Below are positions 43,457-52,883 of a stretch of 64,000 nucleotides of DNA, piece after piece. The DNA is taken from contig DATAWH010000055.1 of assembly GCA_036267315.1 (NCBI GenBank), positions 5,855-69,854 of the forward strand. The letters run 5' to 3'. The stretch comes from Candidatus Cybelea sp. (GTDB lineage Bacteria > Vulcanimicrobiota > Vulcanimicrobiia > Vulcanimicrobiales > Vulcanimicrobiaceae). A program made the position numbers and the translations under genes. The notes under the pieces were generated by a model. It searched no databases. It saw nothing but the letters and a program-made list of their open reading frames with translations, and was not told where the DNA came from. How positions within the stretch are numbered: the first letter of the stretch is position 1; each line of letters starts with the position of its first letter.

Positions 43457-43942
43457 CTACGCGCGAGTGCACGAGCCTTTGAAGTTCGACTTCGTGCTCG
43501 TGAGCGTGGGATAGCTAAGAAAATCGAACTGATTTTGGCTCGTTCGAGTGACGACGGTGCGCGAGAGTTTGCCGCTGGAGTTTTGGGTGTCGGCCCAGTG
43601 CTCGGTCTTGCCCGACATCGCGCCCATATCGCTGATCGACCAGTCCGCCTGATTGCCGAGCCACGTTTCAACGTAACGGTGCGTCTTTGCATCGTAGGTC
43701 GTCGCCGCGCTCGCACGATAGGCCGACTTCATCTTTCCCTGCGGCGGCACGTCGACCGTCTCGGTCATTAGGCCGCTGTCGATTGCGTAGACCGCGGTAG
43801 CTTTCTGCGGCGCTTCACCCGCGCTGGTCACCATGCACGACCACGATCCGGCGTAGTATTGAAAGTCTGCCATTGGAGTCTGGGCGCCCGCCGGGGCGCT
43901 CAATGCAACTGCCAGGACGGCGAAAACGAAAGATCTCTTCAT
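43457..43942 (-). CDS. Hypothetical secreted protein (paralog of 45096..45650)
   Basis: It has a signal peptide (MKRSFVFAVLAVALSAPAGA). Shared motifs with the paralog are DF..Y.GSWSC, TTYDAKTHRYVETW, GKTEHW and a C-terminal Cys. Confidence 0.65.
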   Translation of the reverse strand: MKRSFVFAVLAVALSAPAGAQTPMADFQYYAGSWSCMVTSAGEAPQKATAVYAIDSGLMTETVDVPPQGKMKSAYRASAATTYDAKTHRYVETWLGNQADWSISDMGAMSGKTEHWADTQNSSGKLSRTVVTRTSQNQFDFLSYPTLTSTKSNFKGSCTRA

Positions 43943-44024
43943 CGGTACTCCTTTCCTCTCCAGGAAGCGTACGGGATGCTCGCGCCTTTGGCAGGAGCGG
44001 AGCCGAAAGCCTTCGGCCCGCGGC

Positions 44025-45002
44025 TTACGAGTGCGGTGCTACGCTGATGGCGATGCCGTAGGCACTCGCCTGCGGGACGACTTCGATCGGCGAGCCGCCG
44101 CGAGGGTATCGCCAAAAGCCGAAGAGATGCTGCGTTTCGTAGCCGCTTCCGATCAAGGTCTTCTGCTGGATCGCGAACTGCGCGAGCGAGTTGACTCCGC
44201 GCAGCTGGATCGTTCCGACCTGCGTTCCCCGAACTCCGTGCAGGGCGAAGCGATGAATCAGCAAGTTACTCACTTTTCCCTCACCGATGTCGAGATACGA
44301 ACCGTCCCAAGCCATCGCGCCGGCCTGCGAGATCTTTTGGTTCAAGGTGACCGGCGCGAACTTCGTCGTGCCTTTTCGGATCTCCAGAAAGACGGCGCGC
44401 CCGCTCGAGGCTGGTTTTGCCGTGGAATACTCCTCTCCGCCTAAGAAGAGGTTCCCAGAGCCGTCGTACGTGCCGCAGTATATTTCCAGATAGGTTGAGG
44501 ACTCGATGACGATTGGCAAATGCCAGCGATCTCGCCTCGCCGGACGAAAAATCGCTACGCCGCCATCGCTGATTGCCGCAAGATCGCCGGTGACCGGGTC
44601 GCTCGAGCAGCCCAACGCGGTACCTTGCGGGTCTCCAAGGATGGCAATCGCTCGCGGCCGGGCATGGGGATACTCGTAAATGCCCGAGCCGGCGGCGATG
44701 AAGACGTTGCCATTCGCGCTCGAGCAAAGCCCATGTTGAAACTCGCCGTACGTGGAAAGGGCGCCGACGAGCGTGCCTTCGGGGTAGGCATAGATATCGG
44801 TAATACTATCGTACTCGTCCCCGACGTACAGCAGATTGCGCCCGCGCGCCTCGGGTAATATCCACGACCCGTTCGGGGTTACTCGAGCCGAATCGGAACG
44901 GCGAGGTAACGCCGGGAACGGTCCGTTTGCTTGCGTTCCTCCACAAGCAGGCGCCGCAACGATCGCAAGAATCGCCGCAATTCCGAACATGGCATTTCTC
45001 AT
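44025..45002 (-). CDS. Hypothetical lipoprotein, beta-propeller-like repeats
   Basis: ATG 45002 gives MRNAMFGIAAILAIVAAPAC (lipobox). The mature part has repeated short beta-strand motifs (LLYVGDE, VFIAAGSG, LAAISDGG, LFLGGEE). The maximal ORF to 45104 adds an Arg-rich extension. Confidence 0.6.
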   Translation of the reverse strand: MRNAMFGIAAILAIVAAPACGGTQANGPFPALPRRSDSARVTPNGSWILPEARGRNLLYVGDEYDSITDIYAYPEGTLVGALSTYGEFQHGLCSSANGNVFIAAGSGIYEYPHARPRAIAILGDPQGTALGCSSDPVTGDLAAISDGGVAIFRPARRDRWHLPIVIESSTYLEIYCGTYDGSGNLFLGGEEYSTAKPASSGRAVFLEIRKGTTKFAPVTLNQKISQAGAMAWDGSYLDIGEGKVSNLLIHRFALHGVRGTQVGTIQLRGVNSLAQFAIQQKTLIGSGYETQHLFGFWRYPRGGSPIEVVPQASAYGIAISVAPHS

Positions 45003-45095
45003 AACGAACCTCCCCGTATTCCAAGGTAGCGTCCGCCTGCCGTTGAACGCCCAAGGCCCGCCGTGCGCGGGACGCTCTCGGAAAGGCAGAGTTAA

Positions 45096-45650
45096 ATGAA
45101 GCATACCGTCTCATTGGCGTTGGGCGCCATCGCGCTGGCAGTTGCATTCGTCGCGGTGCCGGCCGTCTCGCCCGCGCAACCCGCTCCTACCTTCACCCCG
45201 GTTCCCGCAACAAAGCCCGATTTCTCGTCAATGATGTTCATGACTGGAACCTGGACCTGCACGCAGATGCTGCGAGGAAAGTCGCGTCCGGACACGAGCA
45301 CGACGACCGTCGGCCTCGACGGCACGTGGCTAATTTCGCAAGACACGGCTCCCCCGTTCGATCAGTATCGCACCTACACAATTACGGGCACGAACTACAT
45401 GACGTACGATCCGACGGTCAAGCAGTGGGTCCTCACCGGCGTGGATAGCACCGGTGGATACTTGATGCAGTCCTCTCCCGGCTGGAACGGCAGCACGATG
45501 ACGTGGACCGGAAAAGCCCTCGACGGAACTACCGCTACCGACGTGATAACCAAGGTGAGCGATACGGAGACGTCTGACGCCAACATCGTCACCGATCCCA
45601 GCGGAAAGGCGACGCCGACGACCATTACCTGCAAGAAATCGAGCAGCTAA
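45096..45650 (+). CDS. Hypothetical secreted protein (paralog of 43457..43942)
   Basis: It has a signal peptide (MKHTVSLALGAIALAVAFVAVPAVSPA). Shared motifs with the paralog are DF...F.TGTWTC, MTYDPTVKQWVLTG, GSTMTW and a C-terminal Cys (ITCKK). Confidence 0.65.
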   Translation: MKHTVSLALGAIALAVAFVAVPAVSPAQPAPTFTPVPATKPDFSSMMFMTGTWTCTQMLRGKSRPDTSTTTVGLDGTWLISQDTAPPFDQYRTYTITGTNYMTYDPTVKQWVLTGVDSTGGYLMQSSPGWNGSTMTWTGKALDGTTATDVITKVSDTETSDANIVTDPSGKATPTTITCKKSSS

Positions 45651-45668
45651 GATCCGCTGCAAGACGAA

Positions 45669-45701
45669 GAAGGGTCTCCGCTTTTTAAGCGGAGGCCCTT
45701 C
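45669..45701. terminator. Bidirectional Rho-independent terminator between convergent genes
   Basis: The hairpin GAAGGGTCTCCGC-TTTTTAA-GCGGAGGCCCTTC has 12 Watson-Crick pairs plus one G-U. It is flanked by an A-rich stretch on the left and CGTTTCTTTTCGGGTTT on the right. Confidence 0.75.
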
Positions 45702-45726
45702 TCGTTTCTTTTCGGGTTTGAACGCT

Positions 45727-46401
45727 TTAGAGAGCGCGCTGCCCGATGACGCGGCCAACTGCCGGCGATGAATCGGCACCTTTGCCCCATACGCCGTTGA
45801 AGCTGTTGTTGTCGTCGTTGAACCAGAACGAGAACCAGCCCGAGCCGGTCGGACCCGAATAGGTCGCTCTCACTTTGTCCTTCGTACGGAACTTGCCGTT
45901 GAGCAGAATGGGACCTGCGTGACAGACGACCGACGGACCGGATTGGCTGCACTTCATGATTCCGATGAATGCATCGGGGCCGCCCGCGCCTTTCACGTGC
46001 CACGAGCCGGCCGCCGTGATCGGCGAGGGCGGCAGCACTTTGTTGCCGACGAACGAGCCGTTGGCGGGGCGTCCGTTATAACCCCACGTACCGTTGAAGC
46101 TGTGTCCGTTCGGACTCACGTAAACGGTGAGCCAGCCGGCCCCTTGAGGTCCGTGCCACTTACCGTTGATCTGGGTATCGTTGACGAACGTTCCGGTAAA
46201 CCCGTTTCCGTTCTTGGCGTTGTTGCCGACGATACCCATGCCTGACTGCTGCAGGGTGACGGTCGCGGTCGAGTTGCCGTTCAGGCCGGTCTGCTGAACC
46301 TGCCACGTTCCGGTAACGCTCGGCGGGCTCGCTAAACCCGTCGCAAGCGACGTTGCGGCCACCGCCACGCCGCAAACCAGTGAAATAACCCAACGTTTCA
46401 T
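45727..46401 (-). CDS. Hypothetical secreted protein with two internal ~95-aa repeats
   Basis: It has a signal peptide (MKRWVISLVCGVAVAATSLATG). Both halves share the pattern G(T/S)W.V ... (I/L)NGK(W/F) ... GP.G.GW(L/F) ... SFNG.WG. Confidence 0.65.
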   Translation of the reverse strand: MKRWVISLVCGVAVAATSLATGLASPPSVTGTWQVQQTGLNGNSTATVTLQQSGMGIVGNNAKNGNGFTGTFVNDTQINGKWHGPQGAGWLTVYVSPNGHSFNGTWGYNGRPANGSFVGNKVLPPSPITAAGSWHVKGAGGPDAFIGIMKCSQSGPSVVCHAGPILLNGKFRTKDKVRATYSGPTGSGWFSFWFNDDNNSFNGVWGKGADSSPAVGRVIGQRAL

Positions 46402-46491
46402 TCTTTAGCCTCCTCCGAATAACTTATCGCAAGACAATGAGAAGCTATGCAACGGCCGACCTCCGTAATTCCTTTTTGCCTACCGCGCCGC

Positions 46492-47890
46492 TTACGTCGA
46501 GGCGCCTTCGGAAAGGCTACCAAGGGTAACCTTCTGACCGCCCAAGAGGACGAGCTTCGGCTGCGCCTCGAGTAAGGCGATGTTGCGAGTCGGATCGCCG
46601 TTAAAGACGGCGACGTCGGCGAGTTTACCGGGGGCTAACACGCCGCGATCGGAGGTGCCGATCATTTCGGCCGCGTGCGCGGTGGCGCTGCGCATCACGG
46701 AGATGGGTCATCCCAAAGCCGGTCATCAGTGTAAAGTCTTTGTTGTTCTGGTTGTGAGGGAAGACCCCGGCGTCGGTGCCGTAAGCGATCCGCACGCTTG
46801 AGGCGACCGCGCGCTGCATGCCGGCGTTACGCAACTGCGCCGCGTATTCGGCCTTTTGGATGCCGCTGGGCGGTACGCGATTCGGGTTACCCGGCTGCAG
46901 GATCGAGTCGAGCGCCCACAGCGTCGGCACGAGGTAGGTTCCGCGCTGCTGCATGTCGTGCAGCGTTTTTTCGCTGACGCCGGTACCGTGCTCGATGGAG
47001 TGCACGCCGCCGTTGACGGCGACCGAGATGCCCTCGTCTCCATGGGCGTGCGCGGCGACTTTCCGATGGAACTTCGTAGACTCTTCGACGACCGCTTGCA
47101 CTTCGTCGAGATTGAACTGGGGCACGTCCCAAACGTCGCCGTACGAAAGCACGCCGCCCGTCGCGAGGATCTTGATGACGTCGACCTGGAGCTTGACGTG
47201 CTCGCGGACGAGCTCGCGAAAGCCGTACGGGCCGTAAGAAATCGCGCCGATGCGGATGCTCGGATCCTCGTCGACCCACCCCGGTACGTCGTTGGAGTCG
47301 CCGTGTCCGCCGGTGATGGAGAGCGCCTGGCCCGCCGCCAGAATCCTGGGGCCGACGATCGCGCCGTTGTTGACGGCATTGCGGACAGCGAGATCGATCC
47401 CGGCACCGCCGCCGACGTCGCGCAACGTTGTAAAGCCGTTGAGCAGCATCGCCTGCGCGTTGCGCACGCTGTAGATCGTCGCCTCGGGTACGTTGTCGGC
47501 CGTCATGTACTTGGGACGCATCAACGTCATGTAGTACGACGGCACGATGAATGCGCTGACGTGAGTGTGGCAATCGATCAAACCCGGAAGGATCGTCGCG
47601 TCGCCGAGATCGAGAACGGTCGCGGCGCTCCCGGCATCGCCTTCGTGCATCGAGACGATGCGATCGCCCGCGATGACGAGCACGCCGGGCGTCTGCACCG
47701 ATTCTCCGTTAAAAAGCCGCGCTGCCTTGAGCACCGTGACGCCCGCCGCTCGCGCGCGCCACGGAAGGAGCGCGGCGACCCCCGCCGCCGCCGCGCCCAC
47801 CAGGAAGTTGCGCCGCCCAAGCGCGTTCTGCGCCTCGCGAAAGACGGCCGGCGAGTAGGGGCGATGCGGGCAACGGCAGTCGAGGCTCAT
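46492..47890 (-). pseudogene. Tat-signal amidohydrolase (metal-dependent hydrolase superfamily) interrupted by a 1-nt frameshift
   Basis: ORF 46625..47890 carries the Tat motif (GRRNFLVGAAAAG), HTH, AAHAHG, HSIEHG and GTDAGV, and ends in Arg-rich junk after ..GFGMT. ORF 46492..46698 in another frame continues with the expected family C-terminus (ISV)MRSATAHAAEMIGTSDRGVLAPGKLADVAVFNGDP. The junction is at the C-run 46705-46708. Confidence 0.8.
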
Positions 47891-47901
47891 GTCGTGCTCC
47901 T

Positions 47902-49671
47902 TTAGAGAGGTTGCCCGTCGTCGCTAGCGCCCAAAATGAAGGGGCGCAGCAGCGGTAGCGGCGGATCTCCGCGCGAGAGCAGCTCGTCGTGAAACTTCTC
48001 GAGTGTATACGCGCTGCCGAGCTTCTTTTTGTAGTCGGCGCGCAGCTTGAGGATCATGAGCTTTCCGAGCGTATAGTAACCGTACATCGGATCTTGCGTG
48101 CCGCGCAGCGATTCCTCGACGGCGATTTGATGCGTCTGAAAGCAGCGGCTGGTAAAGAGCTGCTCGGCCTGCGTCAAGCTCATCCCGGCGGTGTGAAGTT
48201 TGACACCGACGACGTAGCGGCACTCGCGCAAGAGGGCCTCGTCCAGCTGAGCGAGCCGAACGCGCGGATCGCCGTCTCCCCAGCCTTCATCGACCATCAT
48301 CTGCTCGCTGTAGTGCGCCCAGCCTTCGGCAAACTCCGAGCTCTGCGAAAGCTTGCGCGTGAGACTCAGATCGAGTCCGCGGTCGATCGAGAAGTTCGTG
48401 AAGTGCCCCGGATAGACTTCGTGCGCCGAAATGATCGGAAACTCGAAGTCGTTGAACTGCGCGAGGAACTCCTCTTTCTCTTTAGCCGACCACGTCGGAT
48501 CCACCGGCGTCACGTAATAGTACGCTTGGGTAGCGACGGTCTCGAGTGGCCCGGGCGAGTCTTCCGCGGCGCTCGTCGTCGCGCGCTCGAACGGAGGCGT
48601 CTCGATTACCTTGATGTTCGCGTTGGGCGGAAGCGTGACGATCCGTTTCGCTTCGACAAACGCGCGAAGCCTAACGAGGTCGCGCTGCGCGGTCGACAGC
48701 AACGCGTCGGGAGCGGGATGGATCTTCGTGATCGAAAGGTAGACTTGCAGCGGCGTGGCGTGCGGATTGATTTTCCGCGCGGTGGCGATGAACTGGGCAC
48801 GCGTCTGCGCGAGGGCACGCTCGCCGACCGCGAGGTATTGGTCGAGCGGCATCGAGAGTGCGTCTTCGTAGAGGAGGCGTTTTCGGTAGGCGTCCGCCCC
48901 GATCGCGAACGTTCCGTTCGGCTTGAGCGTCTTGATCCAGCGCGCGTAGCCGGCCATTGCGCCGGCCGCCTCGTCGTTGGCCTTCTTGAGCTGAGCCTGA
49001 AGGCTCGCATCGCGGACGCCTTCAAACGCCTGCGGCACCGAAGTCTTGAAGAAGTCCACGGAACCGGCGGCGTCCTCGGCGGAGATTTGTTGGGTAATTG
49101 CATCGACGCTCGTGATGTTCTTTTCGCCCTCGGCGAGCATCGCCGGAATCAGGCGCTCGCGGGCTACGGCAAAGCCCAGCCGCTTTTCGAGCGGTGCGTA
49201 GTCTTTGCTCATGACGGTGAAGACGGCCGCGCTCGCCGACTGCGTGTAGTCGTCGGGATCGTGGCGCCACTGCGCGAGCGTCTCGTTGAGCAGCAGGTCG
49301 TCGCGCAAGGTGTATTCGAGCAAGGTCGCGTCGAGGGCGACGCTGGGCGAAAGGTTCGCGCGGTCGATCGTCGCCAGCTTACCGAGGTAGTCGTGGTCGC
49401 TCTTCATCTGCGTCGCGACGCCGGCTGCGGAAAAGTCGCCGATCTGGTCGTCGTAGTCGTGGACGCCGACGGCGGTCGCCTCGATCGGACTGAGCCGAAA
49501 CGATACGTCGTAGTAGGCTTTTGCCAGAGATTCGTATTGACTGTCGGCGGTGCCCGCGCTCTGCGTTGCGGGCGCCGCGCCGAGCAGCGCGGCGATAAGT
49601 GCGGCAGCGATGATTCGCACGCTAAACGATGTCCTCCGGTTGGCCGTGGTGCTCGTCAAACTGGTCGTCAC
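47902..49671 (-). CDS. DUF885-family protein (putative secreted metallopeptidase-like)
   Basis: The DUF885 hallmark HEVYPGHF is present, with later EGWAHYSEQMM. The N-terminus from GTG 49671 contains a Tat-like NRRTSF plus a hydrophobic stretch and AxA. GTG 49620 (MRIIAAALIAALLG..) is an alternative Sec-type start. Confidence 0.8.
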   Translation of the reverse strand: MTTSLTSTTANRRTSFSVRIIAAALIAALLGAAPATQSAGTADSQYESLAKAYYDVSFRLSPIEATAVGVHDYDDQIGDFSAAGVATQMKSDHDYLGKLATIDRANLSPSVALDATLLEYTLRDDLLLNETLAQWRHDPDDYTQSASAAVFTVMSKDYAPLEKRLGFAVARERLIPAMLAEGEKNITSVDAITQQISAEDAAGSVDFFKTSVPQAFEGVRDASLQAQLKKANDEAAGAMAGYARWIKTLKPNGTFAIGADAYRKRLLYEDALSMPLDQYLAVGERALAQTRAQFIATARKINPHATPLQVYLSITKIHPAPDALLSTAQRDLVRLRAFVEAKRIVTLPPNANIKVIETPPFERATTSAAEDSPGPLETVATQAYYYVTPVDPTWSAKEKEEFLAQFNDFEFPIISAHEVYPGHFTNFSIDRGLDLSLTRKLSQSSEFAEGWAHYSEQMMVDEGWGDGDPRVRLAQLDEALLRECRYVVGVKLHTAGMSLTQAEQLFTSRCFQTHQIAVEESLRGTQDPMYGYYTLGKLMILKLRADYKKKLGSAYTLEKFHDELLSRGDPPLPLLRPFILGASDDGQPL

Positions 49672-49786
49672 GGTTGGGGTTGATGCTTCCCTCGCCGTAT
49701 TTTTCCCGCTCGCGCCGAACGGCTTCGGCCGGATCGCTGGGGCGCTGTGGTTCCGGGATCACGTCGGGTGAGATGTCTTCGTCCAT
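49622..49786 (-). CDS. Possible 54-aa acidic protein (below ORF-track cutoff)
   Basis: The ATG at 49786 to the TAG at 49624-49622 reads MDEDISPDVIPEPQRPSDPAEAVRREREKYGEGSINPNRDDQFDEHHGQPEDIV. Third codon positions are mostly G/C. Its stop lies 1 nt before the alternative GTG start (49620) of the DUF885 gene. It conflicts with the longer DUF885 start at 49671. Confidence 0.3.
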   Translation of the reverse strand: MDEDISPDVIPEPQRPSDPAEAVRREREKYGEGSINPNRDDQFDEHHGQPEDIV

Positions 49787-49852
49787 TCGCCGGTCGTTCG
49801 TCGCCGCAACGCCAACGACTTCCAGGCTCGCTCGCTTGCAGAACGAGCGGGT

Positions 49853-50812
49853 TTAGATGTGGTCGGTCGTCCAGCAAAACTCTGCGCCCTTGCGCGCGAG
49901 CGCGCGATCCAGCAGCTTGTGGCCCGCATCGCGCAGGGGCGCCATCATCAAGATCGAGCGCGTTCGCTTGCGCGCCGCACCGCTCGGCAGCAGATTGCGA
50001 AAATCCCCCGGCGGCACCCAGCCGGTGATGCGCTGAAGATCGCCCGCGGCCGCGCGCAACAGCGCCGGGATCAGGGCGGCCGAAGCGTCGTCGGCAAAAC
50101 CGTACTCGTCGAGAACGTAGGCGTCACGTTCGGGCGCCCGTACGCCGAGCGCGTAGGCGCGGATGCCGCGAGCCCGGCGCAGCAGCAAGTTGAAGTTTTG
50201 ACCCGTGGAGTGCTCGGAGTTATGGCGAATTCTCATCTGTATCCAGCTCCAAGTCGTTTGGTTGCGCGTAAAGCCGGCCGGTCTCGCGCCTTCGCAGGCC
50301 GCGAAGACGCGCCGAACGCCGGTCCAATCGTCGTTATGCAGCGGTTCGGGGTGTATGCGGCGGACCGGCAGCGAGTCCGCGCGCAGCGTCCAGTCTCGCG
50401 AGGGCAGCGCGCGGAATCCGAAGGTCGCGTAAAACTCGGGCCGGATGTCGGAGAAGAGATATGCGAGATCGAAGCCCGCGTCGCGGGAGCGATCGAGCTC
50501 GGCGGCGATCATCACGCTGGCATAGCCGCGGCCGCGAAACTGTTCGGGCGTGTAGACGGCTCCGAATCCGATCGCACGCAGCCGCTTGTCGCCGTCGTGC
50601 AGATCTCGTTCGTAGCGTTTGAACGACGCGACCAGCGTGTTCCCTTCGTAGAGGCCGACCGTTCGATAGTGGCGACGCCCGTAGGCGCCGTGCGCGATCT
50701 CGAGCGTCTGGTTTACGTAGACTTCGAAATCGCGTCTCCCGGCCCAAAGCGGAAACGTCAGCGGCAGCACGTCCCGCGCGTAGCGCTCGGGAGATATGTC
50801 TTTGAGGCGCAC
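49853..50812 (-). CDS. GNAT-family acetyltransferase, Eis-like (GNAT + C-terminal extension)
   Basis: The acetyl-CoA motif is present: VYTPEQFRGRGYASVMIAAEL..A....YLFSDI.PEFYATFGF. At 319 aa it is longer than a single GNAT domain. The GTG start lies 1 nt after the helicase stop. Confidence 0.7.
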   Translation of the reverse strand: MRLKDISPERYARDVLPLTFPLWAGRRDFEVYVNQTLEIAHGAYGRRHYRTVGLYEGNTLVASFKRYERDLHDGDKRLRAIGFGAVYTPEQFRGRGYASVMIAAELDRSRDAGFDLAYLFSDIRPEFYATFGFRALPSRDWTLRADSLPVRRIHPEPLHNDDWTGVRRVFAACEGARPAGFTRNQTTWSWIQMRIRHNSEHSTGQNFNLLLRRARGIRAYALGVRAPERDAYVLDEYGFADDASAALIPALLRAAAGDLQRITGWVPPGDFRNLLPSGAARKRTRSILMMAPLRDAGHKLLDRALARKGAEFCWTTDHI

Positions 50813-50813
50813 G

Positions 50814-52883
50814 CTAGCGCAGCTCTTCGAGCAGCTCTGGCGCGGTGATGCCGCGCGTGGGCGTGCCCCACGCGGTCACCAGCACGCTTTGACGCGCCCG
50901 TCGCATCGCATAATGGAGTGCGCGCCGCTCCCGCTCGTTGTATCGCCGGCCGGCTTTGGTGCGAAAGACGTAGTAACTGAACTTGGCGGTGCGCGACGCG
51001 TGCGCTTCGCCCGCGTTCTCTTTAGGAATCATCCCGAGCTTAGGGCTGAACAAGAAGGCTTCGGGGGCGTACCAGAGTGGAAACGAACCCGGCCGCACGT
51101 TGGCGACGACGACGTGATCGAACTCGAGGCCTTGCGCCGCCTCGACGCTGAGCATCTGCACGAAGCCGCGCCCGCGTGCGAGCGGGTCGGATGCTTCGCA
51201 GCTCTCGAGATCGCTCTCCATCCGCTGCTCGGCGTAGCTCAAAATTTCTGCGATGCCGGCCTGCGGGTGTTCGGAGGCAAATGCCTCGAGACGCTCGAGC
51301 AGGCGGCGCAGCAGCATCGCCTGCGTGCGCGCGGTTGCCGAGCCGGGTTCGCCTTCGCGCGCCAGTCCCTCACGCCAAACCGTTCGCGCAAACGCTCCGA
51401 ACGGCGCGGAAGGCATGAGTTGGCGCCAACCTTCGCGCAGGCGGCGGAAGCGCCCCAATCGCCGCGCCGCTTCGCCGGAGAGCGCGGCGTCTTGCTCGCC
51501 GCGGATGACGTTCCAACCGAGGCGCAGGTCGCGTTTCGGGTTCCAGCGGCTCCTGCGCGCGGTCGGAGCGGGTTCGTCATCGAAGGCAAAGAGCGGACGC
51601 TGTAAATCGCTCGGCTCCGCGCACAGCGTCTGCAGCGACGAATCGGAGAGGCCCATTGCCGGTCCTTCCAGCGTTCGCAGCAGCCACTCGTGCCGAAACG
51701 GATCGTAGACGTTCCACAGCAACGCCAGCGCGCCGAGCGCGCGCCGGTCGGTGAAGAGATTGACGTCACCGGAAATCAGTGCGGCGATGTTGCGATCGAG
51801 GAGCGCCGCCTCGTAGGGTTCGACGGTGCGAACCGAACGGAAAATGACCGCGATGCGCTCGGGGCTGACGCCCTCGCCGATCCACGCGCCAACGCGTGAG
51901 GCGATGAAATCCGCTTCTTCGGCCAGAGTGGCCGGACGGTGAAGCTCCACGCGCGGCGCGCGGCGGCGTTCTTGAAGCTGCACGTGCGAGCCGGCGAGTG
52001 CAAAGATCGCTTCGGGCTGCGTGCGACGCACCATCGAGACGGCCGAGGCGGGATCGCCGCAGAGCGTCACGCCCGCGAGCTTCTCACCAAAGATCGCCCG
52101 CAGCAGAGCGAGATCGGCTTCCGTAAGCTCCTGCGCGTCGTCAATGAGCGCGAAGCGGTGCAGTTCGCGCAGCTGGTCTGCGAGGTCCGGCTTCTCGCGC
52201 AGCATTGCGGCGGCGGCGGCGACGGCGTCGCGCCCGGTCATGCGCCCCGTGGCGGCGACCAGGCGCTGATAATCTTCGTAAAGGCGCGCGAGGATTTTTG
52301 CGAGATCGATCTCCCGGCGATACTGGCGGGCAAGCTCCGCCGGCGTCACGTCGAGCGAATCGTGGTAGGTGTTTTTGGTCGCGATCAGCAGCGACGCGTC
52401 GGCAAAGTTCGGCGGATTTGCGTAGAACTCGGTGGCACCGGACAGCGATGCTGCGAGAAGCGCCGCCGGGGTCACGTGCGCGTCGCCCAGGCGCCGAATC
52501 AGACGAAAAGCCGATCGCAGGAACCGCGACGGCGAACGGAGTCCCGGCACTTCGGGGTCGAGCCGATCCACTGCAAACTCTTCCCATTGCAGCTCGAAGA
52601 GCGGTGCGCACGCCTGCGTGAAGATCAGCTCCGCTTCAACGTCGTCGACGAGCACGATCTCTCGACCGCTTTCGCGCAAACGATCGACGGCGTATTGGGC
52701 GAGGTCCTGCGGCGAAGCGACGATCAGCGGCCGAGCCGCAGGATGCATCGCCCGCGCTCGATCGCGGCGCTGCGCGAGCGCGGTGCTCTTACCGGTGCCG
52801 GCGACGCCGGAAATTGCAAAACAGACGTCGAGCGGCGCATCGACCGCGGCTTGTTGTTCTCCGGTGAGATCGAGCGCGATCAA
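50814..52883 (-). CDS. UvrD/Rep/AddA-like superfamily 1 DNA helicase (no nuclease domain)
   Basis: Matching blocks are LTGEQQAAVDAP near the N-terminus, Walker A GVAGTGKST, motif II LIDDAQE, and the motif VI region AQGLEFDHVVV. The start is set at TTG 52883, which overlaps the nuclease stop (TTGA). The maximal ORF reaches 52952. Confidence 0.8.
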   Translation of the reverse strand: MIALDLTGEQQAAVDAPLDVCFAISGVAGTGKSTALAQRRDRARAMHPAARPLIVASPQDLAQYAVDRLRESGREIVLVDDVEAELIFTQACAPLFELQWEEFAVDRLDPEVPGLRSPSRFLRSAFRLIRRLGDAHVTPAALLAASLSGATEFYANPPNFADASLLIATKNTYHDSLDVTPAELARQYRREIDLAKILARLYEDYQRLVAATGRMTGRDAVAAAAAMLREKPDLADQLRELHRFALIDDAQELTEADLALLRAIFGEKLAGVTLCGDPASAVSMVRRTQPEAIFALAGSHVQLQERRRAPRVELHRPATLAEEADFIASRVGAWIGEGVSPERIAVIFRSVRTVEPYEAALLDRNIAALISGDVNLFTDRRALGALALLWNVYDPFRHEWLLRTLEGPAMGLSDSSLQTLCAEPSDLQRPLFAFDDEPAPTARRSRWNPKRDLRLGWNVIRGEQDAALSGEAARRLGRFRRLREGWRQLMPSAPFGAFARTVWREGLAREGEPGSATARTQAMLLRRLLERLEAFASEHPQAGIAEILSYAEQRMESDLESCEASDPLARGRGFVQMLSVEAAQGLEFDHVVVANVRPGSFPLWYAPEAFLFSPKLGMIPKENAGEAHASRTAKFSYYVFRTKAGRRYNERERRALHYAMRRARQSVLVTAWGTPTRGITAPELLEELR

